DNA of 64,000 nucleotides, taken from a virus. The translations under genes were made by a program, and so were the position numbers. The notes under the pieces are model-generated. The model did no database searches and was not told the origin of the DNA. It was given only the letters and a program-made list of their open reading frames with translations. The stretch lies in the IMG/VR virus record IMGVR_UViG_3300036715_002570, positions 64,001 through 128,000 of that record; one strand, 5' to 3'. Below are positions 1-8,855 of the stretch, piece by piece; the stretch's first letter is position 1, and the number at the start of each line of letters is the position of its first letter.

Positions 1-1
1 G

Positions 2-352
2 GTGGAATTTGCAGAGTGGTTCCTAATCCCGTCTGACCGTGCTCAAGCAGAAACAGGCTTTGAAACGCTGCATCCAAAGTGGCAGCAATTTGGTAGCGCC
101 GTTGCATCCGTTACCCCCGATGATCCTCCGGTTCACCTACGCTACAAGCAACAGTTCATGCAGGGGTTCATTTCGTATCAAACAATGACGACAAAGTTCA
201 ACCCTGAACACTATCCTGATTTTGGCGTTCAATTGTGCACGCGGTACACACAAGTGAATAATCGAAATGAGTGTGTTGCAGAGCAGCTAATTCCTGAGAC
301 AGGTGCATACACGGGAATGATCGACTTTTTCAACAAGTACCTGATCCCTTAA
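2..352 (+). CDS. Hypothetical protein, 5'-truncated by window edge
   Basis: Open from the window start, followed directly by a terminator hairpin. Confidence 0.6.
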   Translation: MEFAEWFLIPSDRAQAETGFETLHPKWQQFGSAVASVTPDDPPVHLRYKQQFMQGFISYQTMTTKFNPEHYPDFGVQLCTRYTQVNNRNECVAEQLIPETGAYTGMIDFFNKYLIP

Positions 353-355
353 GCT

Positions 356-391
356 AACAAAAACGGCGTTGTCGACAACGCCGTTTTTGTT
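356..391. terminator. Bidirectional intrinsic terminator (perfect 36-bp palindrome)
   Basis: AACAAAAACGGCGTTGTC|GACAACGCCGTTTTTGTT with T-tracts on both strands. Confidence 0.8.
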
Positions 392-728
392 TACGATAAT
401 GGAATGTCTGCCTATCCATTAACTGTCTCGATCCCGTTTTGGCCGTACAATTTCAGGTTCAACAAAATGACCTGAGGTTCAGTAATGGCATTGATGTTGC
501 GGCTGATATGACGCATGTGATTGTCACTCAATTCCAACAGTTAGACCCAACACTGTCACGATTGCATATCATTGGTGCTATCAATGGTATGCGTGCTCGC
601 TTACGTTTGTCGCCAGAAGGGCGTCAAGCTGATCAAGTACGAAATTGAACATAATGGAAGTTCATACATAAGTATACAAGGCCTGGTTGAGTGGTGTTAA
701 CCAGGAATTTGAAACAAGGAGCACCAAC

Positions 729-1409
729 ATGAAGACAATTGTCGAAATCCACTCCGCTGAAGGCGGTGACGACAGCAAGTTGTTTGTTAAGGACCTAGCA
801 CAAGCATACGGGAAGATGTTCAGCCGTTTTGGCTGAAAGCACCATGTTGTGTTAGATACTTCGGGAGAGGTCCACATAGAAGTAAGTGGCACTGATCTAA
901 CGCAGCTTAACAATGAACCAGGAGGTCATCGCCTCCAGCGTATTCCACCAACTGAACGCAAGGGTCGCGTCCATTCCTCATCGGTAATGGTTGCCGTAAT
1001 CCGTGTTGATCAATATGCCCAACCTGACTATTCGAAGATTGATCCGTCGGACTTCAAGATTGAATGGTACTCGGGAACAGGTGCAGGTGGACAACATCGC
1101 AACAAACACCAAAACAGCATCCGCTTGACCCATGTTCCTACAGGAGCAATGGTCACATCTCAGTGTCGTAGTCGAGAGAATTCGTACGCTGAGGCAATGC
1201 AAGAATTGATCAAGCGTCTGCAATCGGACGCAAAGTACCGCAGCATTGTGGCACAGTCAATTGAACGCAAGAAGCAGATGGGCTCTGGTATGCGTGGCGA
1301 CAAGGTACGGACGTACCGGTTCCAAGATAACATTGCGACTGATCATCGCACAGAGAAAAAAGTTCCGCTGTCCAAAGTAATGGACGGTAATTTTGATTTG
1401 TTGTGGTAA
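729..1409 (+). CDS. Class I peptide chain release factor (RF1-like PxT, lacks N-terminal domain 1) with in-frame UGA at 834-836
   Basis: AAGGAG then ATG729; MKTIVEIHSAEGGDDSKLF matches the RF 'LEIRAGxGGDEAxLF' segment; same frame as ORF 849..1409 with HRLQRIPPTE, GGQ (GAGGQHRNK) and RTYRF motifs. Confidence 0.85.
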
Positions 1410-1546
1410 TTAAGTGCGGAAGGTGAATAGTGTTTGACCGTTAGTCGTCTTGACGGCAACGCGTGACGATAATCTACTGGCGATACGCCGATAGATGGAC
1501 GCACGCTTCGGGTCGGGTGTAGCAAATCCCACTGTTTGATGTATTT

Positions 1547-1801
1547 GTGTTCAAGCACGGGTTTATTCCGCCGAAGCAGTTTGCTAAATTGTTCCATCGG
1601 CATGATTGGTCCGCAGAAGTTGTGTACGAGGGGAATATGAACCATCAATTCATCAATGACGTGCGTACCGGCAAGTACCCAGTTTATGAAGGGGTCATTT
1701 GCAAAGGTGCTGACTGGACAGCTAAAATCAAAACGATTGAATTCCTAGATCGTCTCAAAGGTGAGAATGAAGGATTGTGGAACATCGAAAAGGATGAGTA
1801 A
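1547..1801 (+). pseudogene. C-terminal fragment of a ligase/nucleotidyltransferase-like protein
   Basis: EGVICKG..AKIKT resembles ligase motifs IV/V, with LFDV just upstream; no N-terminal KxxG part. Confidence 0.4.
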
Positions 1802-2198
1802 ATTGGCTAAAGATCGACCGTTTATTGAAATCAAGGTGTCAGGTGCGACGGGAGCTGGCAAGAGCGCAGTTGTGCAATTGATTGCCAAGGCTCTACAGGA
1901 CGCGGGGATGCAAGTGTCCGCGTTGACGTTGGATCATGATTTTCGCACTCCTAAGCGGCATCAGCGGGCGATTGAATCGATCGCTGCGAAGGGTGCGCTG
2001 GTTGGAATCGAGGAATATGTACCCGCATGTTACTCGAACACGATCACGGATGGGCACCAGTGGGTCCGTCACCTTGACGACATGATGACCAACGGAAGTG
2101 GGGTGTGCCACACATTCCTTGAAGCGGGTGGCCCCAACGCGCCAACGGCTCCTGAAGATCCAATTGCTGCATATGACCGAGCAATGAAGGTAATCTGA
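1794..2198 (+). CDS. Small P-loop-containing protein with C-terminal EDPIAAYDRAMKVI tag
   Basis: Walker A GATGAGKS; stop/start overlap with the next gene. Confidence 0.65.
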   Translation: MSKLAKDRPFIEIKVSGATGAGKSAVVQLIAKALQDAGMQVSALTLDHDFRTPKRHQRAIESIAAKGALVGIEEYVPACYSNTITDGHQWVRHLDDMMTNGSGVCHTFLEAGGPNAPTAPEDPIAAYDRAMKVI

Positions 2199-2470
2199 TG
2201 CCAACAGCCAAAAAGCCAGCGATGCGTAGGACGGGACTGCTGTGTGAAAAGCATGGTGGTTCTGTCAAGCCATATGATGCGATGTGGTGCTGCGACGAAT
2301 GTGCAATCGTGGGGTACCTGCCATGTGTTAAATGTAATGGTAACGCTCGTGGCTTTGGAGAAGCGTTGTTTGCTGTTGCAGGATGTGAAATGTGTGATGA
2401 ATTTGTTTGTGGGACTAACGTAGATGTGCGTATGCTTTGGAATGCAGGCGTGCGCGGAAAGGTAAACTAA
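2198..2470 (+). CDS. Cys-rich (Zn-binding) small protein
   Basis: Several CxxC pairs; coupled to neighbours. Confidence 0.55.
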   Translation: MPTAKKPAMRRTGLLCEKHGGSVKPYDAMWCCDECAIVGYLPCVKCNGNARGFGEALFAVAGCEMCDEFVCGTNVDVRMLWNAGVRGKVN

Positions 2471-2653
2471 TGGTGCATTCAGATTACAATGCGGATGTCA
2501 CGATGCGCAGCAAAACGATGAGCTTCCCGGACATGCAGGATCTATTCGAGCATCTCAGAGCACTTGCCGACCGGTACAACATTACGTTCACGTTGCGCCA
2601 AAAAGTAAAGGACCATTTTGTGGTCCTTTACGATGTAAACCCAACGGTTGGCT

Positions 2654-3034
2654 TTACTGCGTCACAGCTGGCTGTTGTTCAGTGGGAGCGGGGGAGCTCT
2701 TTGATGCAACAGGAGCGGCCTTACCTGAACGTAGACCAGAGATCACTGCCGCGTCATCTGCAGGGAATCCTGCAGCGCGAAGCTGGCGTTGGAGAGCGGC
2801 GCGAACCTTGTTCAGGTTCACAAACGTGGCAGACATCCACTTCTTCTTGTCTGCTGGGTCCGGAAGAGTGCTAACGATCTTCAACGCACGGCTGCAAGCG
2901 TCGAGACGCTTGATCAGTTCGTCCAGCGACAGATCATCACTGAGCTCCACAACTTCCATGAGTGACGAGTAAGTGGGGTTGTCAGTGCTATCTTTGGCAA
3001 GACCAGCAAGCTGTTTTAGGCGGGTTGTATCCAT
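2654..3034 (-). CDS. Late hypothetical (possible virion) protein
   Basis: GGAG RBS, CATAAATA box at 3056-3063 (minus strand), N-terminal RLKQLAGL motif. Confidence 0.6.
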   Translation of the reverse strand: MDTTRLKQLAGLAKDSTDNPTYSSLMEVVELSDDLSLDELIKRLDACSRALKIVSTLPDPADKKKWMSATFVNLNKVRAALQRQLRAAGFPADDAAVISGLRSGKAAPVASKSSPAPTEQQPAVTQ

Positions 3035-3215
3035 GTGTTTGATCTCCAAATAGGATATTTATGCTAACATTGTTTCTTGATACAGAGTTTTACCGACTTC
3101 GGAAGCCGAATGGAATGCAGCAGTACTACAACATTGACCCGCGCCAACACCATGCGCTCGTTGATGCAAAAGCAAACCACCATGGCTGGTGGCAAGGATA
3201 TCAGGCAGGACTACA

Positions 3216-4172
3216 ATGAATAACACGATTGACAAACTCCATGGCGGTTTATACGGCGCCTTAATTGGTGACGCCGTTGGTGTACCGTATGAGTTCAAGA
3301 CAACTCTACAGATCCCCCACCCCCCAACGATGGTTCCACCACCTAAGTTCAACCGATCGTATCTTGGCGTCCCTCCTGGCACGTGGTCTGATGACGGTGC
3401 GCTGACGCTATGTCTGATGGAATCGTTGTTGAAGGCCGACGACTGGCTGGATACCGACTGGGTGCACGCGTTCGGACACCGGATGTCAAGGTGGCGATAC
3501 GAAGGGTACATGACGCCAGACAACAAGAAGTTTGACATTGGAAACCAGACCTCGGAGGCAATCCGTCTCCTGGAGTTTGGCCTTGATCCACTCGAGCTGA
3601 CGTATACAGAATACGAAAACGGCAACGGCGGCTTGATGCGTGCACTTCCTGTTGTTCTGGCGTTGTGGAAGTCGGAAGATATCGACCTAATCTGCGCCGT
3701 CTCGGACATGCATCACATGGTGTCGCACGGCCATCCAATCTCGTTGATCTGCGGTCAAATCTACGTAATGACAGCGATCATGCTGCTGCGTGGCGATAAG
3801 TTTAACGACGCCTTCTGGGCTGCCGTTGACATTGTTGAAGCTCGGTGTGACGATACCGAATGGCAAGGGCATTTCGCTACTGTCCTTGCAGGGAAAGACG
3901 AAGAGCCTCGCGGCACGGGATACGTTGTTGACACGCTATGGTCGGCACGTTTTGCAGTGCAAAGTTCGCTGATGGGCGATAACACGTTCATGAATGCAAT
4001 CGAACGCGCCATCCTTCTCGGTAACGACACAGACACAACTGCATGCGTGGCAGGTGGATGGGCTGGTATCATCTACGGCTGGAAGGGCATTCCTCAAGAG
4101 TGGCGTGATGGGTTGCGCGGTAAAGACCTCGTTAAGCCAATGGCAGATCGACTGGTGGCACTAAATGACTGA
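3216..4172 (+). CDS. ADP-ribosylglycohydrolase (DraG/ARH family)
   Basis: GDAVGVPYEF, WSDDG, GNGGLMR and NDTDTTACVAG motifs. Confidence 0.92.
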   Translation: MNNTIDKLHGGLYGALIGDAVGVPYEFKTTLQIPHPPTMVPPPKFNRSYLGVPPGTWSDDGALTLCLMESLLKADDWLDTDWVHAFGHRMSRWRYEGYMTPDNKKFDIGNQTSEAIRLLEFGLDPLELTYTEYENGNGGLMRALPVVLALWKSEDIDLICAVSDMHHMVSHGHPISLICGQIYVMTAIMLLRGDKFNDAFWAAVDIVEARCDDTEWQGHFATVLAGKDEEPRGTGYVVDTLWSARFAVQSSLMGDNTFMNAIERAILLGNDTDTTACVAGGWAGIIYGWKGIPQEWRDGLRGKDLVKPMADRLVALND

Positions 4173-4563
4173 ATACGTTAAGCAGGTAATTGTCGTCCGC
4201 AAGGACCTTAAAATGCCGAAGGGCAAGATTGCAGCACATGCTGCCATGGCTCCTCTGCTGAAGATGATGGACAAAGACTTTGGTACCAGTGAAACGGAAG
4301 GTTGGATGCTTCGATTCAAGCACGGAAGCGCTCTCGACAGCTGGTTGAATGGGTCGTACACCAAGGTTTGTCTTGGTGTAGAAGACGAGGAGCAATTGCT
4401 TGCCCTGTTCGCAGCCGCAGAACAGGCAGGCTTGCCGTGTGCTTTGATTCGCGACAACGGCTTGACCGTCTTTAACGGTGTTCCGACGAACACCTGCATT
4501 GCGATTGGTCCTGACTACGAGAGCAAGATCAATTCGATCACGGGACACCTTCCTCTGCTGTAA
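4165..4563 (+). CDS. pth2: Peptidyl-tRNA hydrolase, Pth2 type
   Basis: KQVIVVRKDLKMPKGKIAAHAA, D-x-G-x-T, TCIAIGP, ITGHLPLL. Confidence 0.92.
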   Translation: MTEYVKQVIVVRKDLKMPKGKIAAHAAMAPLLKMMDKDFGTSETEGWMLRFKHGSALDSWLNGSYTKVCLGVEDEEQLLALFAAAEQAGLPCALIRDNGLTVFNGVPTNTCIAIGPDYESKINSITGHLPLL

Positions 4564-4613
4564 ATACGCTACCAGCGTTGCTAATATTGGCCAAGAAGCT
4601 TGCCAGTATCATT

Positions 4614-4703
4614 GCTTCCATAGTTTAGCGGTAAAACCCCCGGCTTATACCCGGTATAGCTCTAGATAAGGGCGCGTCGTAGGTTCGAATCCTACTGGAA
4701 GTA
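4614..4703 (+). tRNA. tRNA-Ile(UAU) with long extra arm
   Basis: Acceptor GCTTCCA/TGGAAGT + A73; D arm GTTT/AAAC; anticodon loop CT-TAT-AC; 23-nt variable region with GCTC/GGGC stem; T arm GTAGG-TTCGAAT-CCTAC; CCA not encoded. Confidence 0.8.
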
Positions 4704-4737
4704 CTTTTTGGAATTATGGGATACAATAGTCCCCGCA

Positions 4738-4766
4738 CATAAATATCTCCATAATTATGGAGATAT
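4738..4766 (+). promoter_or_regulatory. Late promoter box CATAAATA overlapping an RBS-sequestering hairpin
   Basis: CATAAATA 4738-4745; palindrome ATATCTCCATAATTATGGAGATAT covers the GGAG of the HNH gene. Confidence 0.7.
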
Positions 4767-4767
4767 C

Positions 4768-5409
4768 ATGAGTCTAACCCAAACGTTAATGCAAATGCCT
4801 GACGCAGAGTTGGCGCTGCTAATAGCGCAATCCTCATCCAAGCACGCTGTCTTGGCGTCGTTAGGTTTCAAGTGTGAAGATTGGCGAGCTTACAAGTATT
4901 TAAGCCTGTTTATTGAGCGAAATCATGTTGATACCACTCATTTCAAATCTGCAGGCCGCCCCGTCAGGTATACGGTAGAGGAGGTTATCGATGCTGTGCA
5001 ACAGTGCACAAATATCTCACAAGTTCTACGAAAATTGGGGCTAAGTGAAGTGGGTGGAAATGCCCGGACAATCAAAAATCTGATTGAGAAACATCAGATT
5101 TCAACAGTGCACTTCACTTCAGCCAGGATTGGGGTTACGCGTTCCAGCGAAGACATTCTATGTAAAAATAGCACCGCATCTAGAACGGTGGTACGACATC
5201 ATATCATCGTGACAAAAGCCATTCCGCACGTATGTCAAATGTGCAATAATTCAGGGGTGTGGAACTCTACCAAGCTAACATTGGAACTAGACCACATCAA
5301 TGGTGATCGAACCAACAATGAAGTTTCAAATTTGAGATTCTTGTGCCCAAACTGTCATTCTCAAACACCAACATTTAGAGGAAAGAACAATACCGCGCGG
5401 GATGCATGA
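4768..5409 (+). CDS. HNH homing endonuclease
   Basis: CxxC...LELDHINGDRTNNEVSNLRFLCPNCH. Confidence 0.9.
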   Translation: MSLTQTLMQMPDAELALLIAQSSSKHAVLASLGFKCEDWRAYKYLSLFIERNHVDTTHFKSAGRPVRYTVEEVIDAVQQCTNISQVLRKLGLSEVGGNARTIKNLIEKHQISTVHFTSARIGVTRSSEDILCKNSTASRTVVRHHIIVTKAIPHVCQMCNNSGVWNSTKLTLELDHINGDRTNNEVSNLRFLCPNCHSQTPTFRGKNNTARDA

Positions 5410-5410
5410 C

Positions 5411-5459
5411 CTCTCCAGATAAGAGAGTTGTAATGTGGGTTCGATTCCCACCGCTGGTA
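5411..5459 (+). ncRNA. tRNA-like 3' half (stem-loop with GAT, T arm, acceptor 3' strand)
   Basis: CTCTC-CAGATAA-GAGAG, GTGGG-TTCGATT-CCCAC, CGCTGGT-A; no normal adjacent 5' half. Confidence 0.55.
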
Positions 5460-5460
5460 C

Positions 5461-5800
5461 TTACTCTCGAGCGGCAACAGTTTCATTGTACTTGCGGCGG
5501 GTTTCTTCAGACCATGTCGTTCCAAGATGCGTTCCATCCTTCCCAAAGTTTGGATTCTTCTCGCCTAACTTGGTTTCTGCCAACTTTGCACGGTGTTCGT
5601 CAGTTCGAGGAGGGAGCTTTCGTCCCTTCAATGGCGACACCCTGCCTTTGAGTGGTGACACCTTTCCTACTCTAGCCTCCTTCATTCGTTGTTTGGTTTC
5701 CTCAGAACGCTTGACGCCCTTCTTGGCGTCATTGATACGCTGCTTGGTTTCCTCTGATAGAACTTTGTTATCTCCTCCTGTAGTTAAGCCGTCGTACAAA
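5461..5800 (-). pseudogene. NUMOD3-repeat remnant of a homing endonuclease
   Basis: LTTGG..SEETKQRI, SEETKQRM, SEETRRK repeats; no recognisable catalytic domain upstream. Confidence 0.55.
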
Positions 5801-6156
5801 CGATGGTCGGCAACGACGGCCGGTTGAAGAGCGTTGCAGGTAAGAAGGTCGTCAAGATCGCTGTCAATTTGTCGGCGGCAACGTCGACACCGATGTCGAA
5901 GGGTGATGACTGGTACTCGATGGCTGGTTGGTCTCCAACGGAACATCGTTGGAGACCGGCAATCCGCGACAAGTCGTCTGTTGTCGATCAATTGTCTGGT
6001 CCGTACCGGGGTGGAATGACCCAGTAACTTGTTGTCGTAAGACACAAAACTACGTAATATGGGAGGCTGCTTAGCACAGCCTCCCCCTGCATTTGGGGAT
6101 AGGGTTAGTGTTAAATCGACCCAATAAGTACGACAACAATAACTAAAAGGTACTAT

Positions 6157-7296
6157 ATGACACTAATCACATACTTAACAAAAGCATACAGGAAAGCTGT
6201 AGGTTGGTTTGTTACTAAGCGCGACAACCGAATCTGGGAAGAACGGCTCGCTTCAAAGCTAAAGCTGTTCACTGCGAACGACCATGCATGGGTTACCCCC
6301 GTGTTGCAGAATGAGATTGCGTTTATTCGCAGCTCGTTCTCGAACTACAAGTTCGACTCATCACAGCAGGCGCTGCAGACAGATGAAGTGGCAACAATGG
6401 TGTTTAATGCCACTGTGTACGCATGCTTGGAACTAGTCCCTCTGAGAGGACTAGTTAGTATTCAACCATTGCAAGGTCCCGTCGGATTGGTATACCGGGC
6501 GGCGTACAAGTATCAAGATCCCGCAGTACAGGACAGCCAGTCGCTCCACCTTGAAGTGCTCAAGCACGCCGTTGAGGCAAAGACTCACAAGCTGGCAGCA
6601 AGGTTTAATGTTGAGGCAGCACAAGACTTATTCGCGATCTACGGGATTGACATCGCAGACGGGATTGCACGAGCCCTTGGTGCTGAAGTTGCGTACGAGT
6701 TGATTGCAGAGGTCCTCTGTGATTTGAACAAGATCGCAACCCACCGTCAGACAGTATCAGGCCTGCCGCACGATGACAATGCGATCATGATCAACGCAGT
6801 TGCGAATACAATTGCATCAACTACCCGTCGCGGCGCGGGCAACTTTATCGTCACATCTCCAAGGGGCGTCGCTCTACTGCAATCTGTATCGAAGAGTGGC
6901 TATGTCAAAACACCGGACTCTGAGCAGACGCACACCTATGCGCTGAGGCAAGTCGGTACTCTCAACGGCCAAATGCGTGTGTACGTGTCAATGGTTGACA
7001 TGAACGATAGTTCACCAAACATTGAATACCTGATCGGATACAAGGGTCCTAGCGACGTTGATGCGGGATACGTCTTTAGCCCGTACAATCTAGTGGTATA
7101 TAGTGGCGCCACGATTGATCCGAATACATACACCCCAATGATCAACCTCATGACTCGGTACGGTAAGACGGGTATCCAGTGTGATCCAACGACATCGAGT
7201 GAATCTGCGGATTACTACGGAGTGGTCACGGTTGAGGATGTATCGTACGCTGTCCCTGTTCCTGCGGTTGACTTACCCGCATGGGTTAGAAGATAG
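6157..7296 (+). CDS. T4 gp23/gp24-like major capsid protein paralogue
   Basis: VSIQPLQGPVGLVY, AAQDL.A.YGID, TRRGAGNFIVTSP, GYKG, AGYVFSPY, MTRYG. Confidence 0.8.
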   Translation: MTLITYLTKAYRKAVGWFVTKRDNRIWEERLASKLKLFTANDHAWVTPVLQNEIAFIRSSFSNYKFDSSQQALQTDEVATMVFNATVYACLELVPLRGLVSIQPLQGPVGLVYRAAYKYQDPAVQDSQSLHLEVLKHAVEAKTHKLAARFNVEAAQDLFAIYGIDIADGIARALGAEVAYELIAEVLCDLNKIATHRQTVSGLPHDDNAIMINAVANTIASTTRRGAGNFIVTSPRGVALLQSVSKSGYVKTPDSEQTHTYALRQVGTLNGQMRVYVSMVDMNDSSPNIEYLIGYKGPSDVDAGYVFSPYNLVVYSGATIDPNTYTPMINLMTRYGKTGIQCDPTTSSESADYYGVVTVEDVSYAVPVPAVDLPAWVRR

Positions 7297-7320
7297 TCCC
7301 GTCGCTTGTGAAAGCACAAC

Positions 7321-7532
7321 ATACCTATAAGGAAACAATCATGTCATTCACGTTCACCGCCGTTGGCACCCGAGCCACAATTCCTGCTGGCAAGCAGATC
7401 ATCAAGAACGGTACACCTGCACGTCAGACTCGTCCAAGCGAAGTCACGATCGTCAAGGCTGAACCAGCCCGCCGTGGCAAGACCCGGATCTACTGGAAGT
7501 CAATGGGTTACCTGAACTCTACTCTGGTCTAA
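7321..7532 (+). CDS. Small hypothetical protein (start approximate)
   Basis: AAGGA RBS, followed by a terminator. Confidence 0.5.
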
Positions 7533-7549
7533 TACGCCAGAACACCAAT

Positions 7550-7574
7550 AAAAGCCGCCGCTGCGCGGCTTTTT
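7550..7574 (+). terminator. Intrinsic terminator
   Basis: AAAAGCCGC-loop-GCGGCTTTTT. Confidence 0.7.
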
Positions 7575-7631
7575 GCATATCTGGAGAGACGGAATGGTGA
7601 CGGAGACAGAACGCAATGGATAAGTAGGTGT

Positions 7632-8330
7632 ATAAACTACACTAAAATTTACCAGTCGCTCGTAACTCGAGCCAAGAATCGACCACCGCTGACTACGTAT
7701 GTTGAACGTCATCACATTCTCCCGAAGTGCATGGGTGGTTCAGATAACCTGGTTGATCTTACACAACAAGAACACTTTGTTGCTCATCAACTGCTGGTGA
7801 AAATGCACCCAGAACGTCCGTCGTTAATTTGGGCATTAGCCTGTATAATGGGCGGAGAGCGTCGAAACAACAAATATTATGGTTGGATCCGAACGTGTTT
7901 TGCTGTAGAAATGAGCAAACCAAAGTCTGTAGAAACTCGGCGTAAGATGAGTGAGTATTGGTCTGCTTATCGTAAAGCCAACCCCGTATCTGATGAAGAA
8001 CGACAACGGATGCGTGAGCGAAATCTTGGCAAAAAACTTTCCGCTGAAACCAAGGCTAAATGCAGTGCAGTGCACAAAGGTAAGGTATTCTCAGAGGAGC
8101 ATCGAGAGAATATAGGTAAGGCACGACGTGGCAAGAAAATGCCGCCAAAGACCGAAGAATATAAACAAATGCAACGTGTTTGGGCGGAGCGTAAAGCAGC
8201 TGGGGTTGCACGAGGGCCTCACATTAAACGAAGTGCTGAGGAGCTGCGCATTTATAAGCGTGAGCTTGCCCGACAACAGCGCGCTCGTAAGAAAGCTGCA
8301 CAAGTACAAATTGAGGTATCTGATGATTGA
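7632..8330 (+). CDS. HNH/NUMOD3 homing endonuclease; homology starts at an ATA codon
   Basis: (I)NYTKIYQSL..ERHHILPKCMGGSDNLVDLTQQEHFVAHQLL plus NUMOD3 repeats. Confidence 0.75.
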   Translation: MNYTKIYQSLVTRAKNRPPLTTYVERHHILPKCMGGSDNLVDLTQQEHFVAHQLLVKMHPERPSLIWALACIMGGERRNNKYYGWIRTCFAVEMSKPKSVETRRKMSEYWSAYRKANPVSDEERQRMRERNLGKKLSAETKAKCSAVHKGKVFSEEHRENIGKARRGKKMPPKTEEYKQMQRVWAERKAAGVARGPHIKRSAEELRIYKRELARQQRARKKAAQVQIEVSDD

Positions 8331-8793
8331 AACGGAACGTAAGTTTTTGGTCACAAACGACGGCTGGAAGAAAGCTTCAGCTAAGAAGATCAAGATCAGG
8401 CAAGGCTATCTGGCAAAGTCCAAAGGGATCACAGTCCGAGTACGTATTGCCAACGAAAAGGCATTCATCACGGTCAAGGGAAAGCGTGTCAATCTCTCTT
8501 GTCCGGAGTATGAATACGAGATCCCTCTCGTTGACGCGGAAGAAATGATCACGATGAGTGTCACCCTTCTGATCGAGAAGACACGCTACCTAGTGTTCGT
8601 CAACGGGATTAAGTGGGAGATCGACGTTTTTAAGGGCGTCAACGCCGGTCTGGTAATGGCGGAGGTTGAATTCGATGAAGGTGTGGCACCTACGCTCGGT
8701 CAGTTGCCAACATGGGTTGGCACAGAAGTGTCATACGACAAGCGTTATACCAACGTATACATCGCGGAGCATGTTGTACCCCATTCTCTTTGA
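8323..8793 (+). CDS. CYTH-domain protein
   Basis: ETERKFLV, QGYL, VRVR, EYEYEI, IEKTR, WEIDVF, AEVE. Confidence 0.9.
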   Translation: MIETERKFLVTNDGWKKASAKKIKIRQGYLAKSKGITVRVRIANEKAFITVKGKRVNLSCPEYEYEIPLVDAEEMITMSVTLLIEKTRYLVFVNGIKWEIDVFKGVNAGLVMAEVEFDEGVAPTLGQLPTWVGTEVSYDKRYTNVYIAEHVVPHSL

Positions 8794-8855
8794 CCCTTGT
8801 ATAAACCGGTCTATCGTTGTAGACTTGCGGCACTTTGACAGACCGGGAGATCACA

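Noticed and set aside
849-1409. PrfH-RtcB operon
   Set aside because: Although domain 1 is missing as in PrfH, the anticodon-mimic motif is RF1-type PxT and no rtcB is present in the window
4570-5459. tmRNA
   Set aside because: No GGGG 5' end or G3-U70 alanine identity, and the interior is a tRNA plus HNH gene
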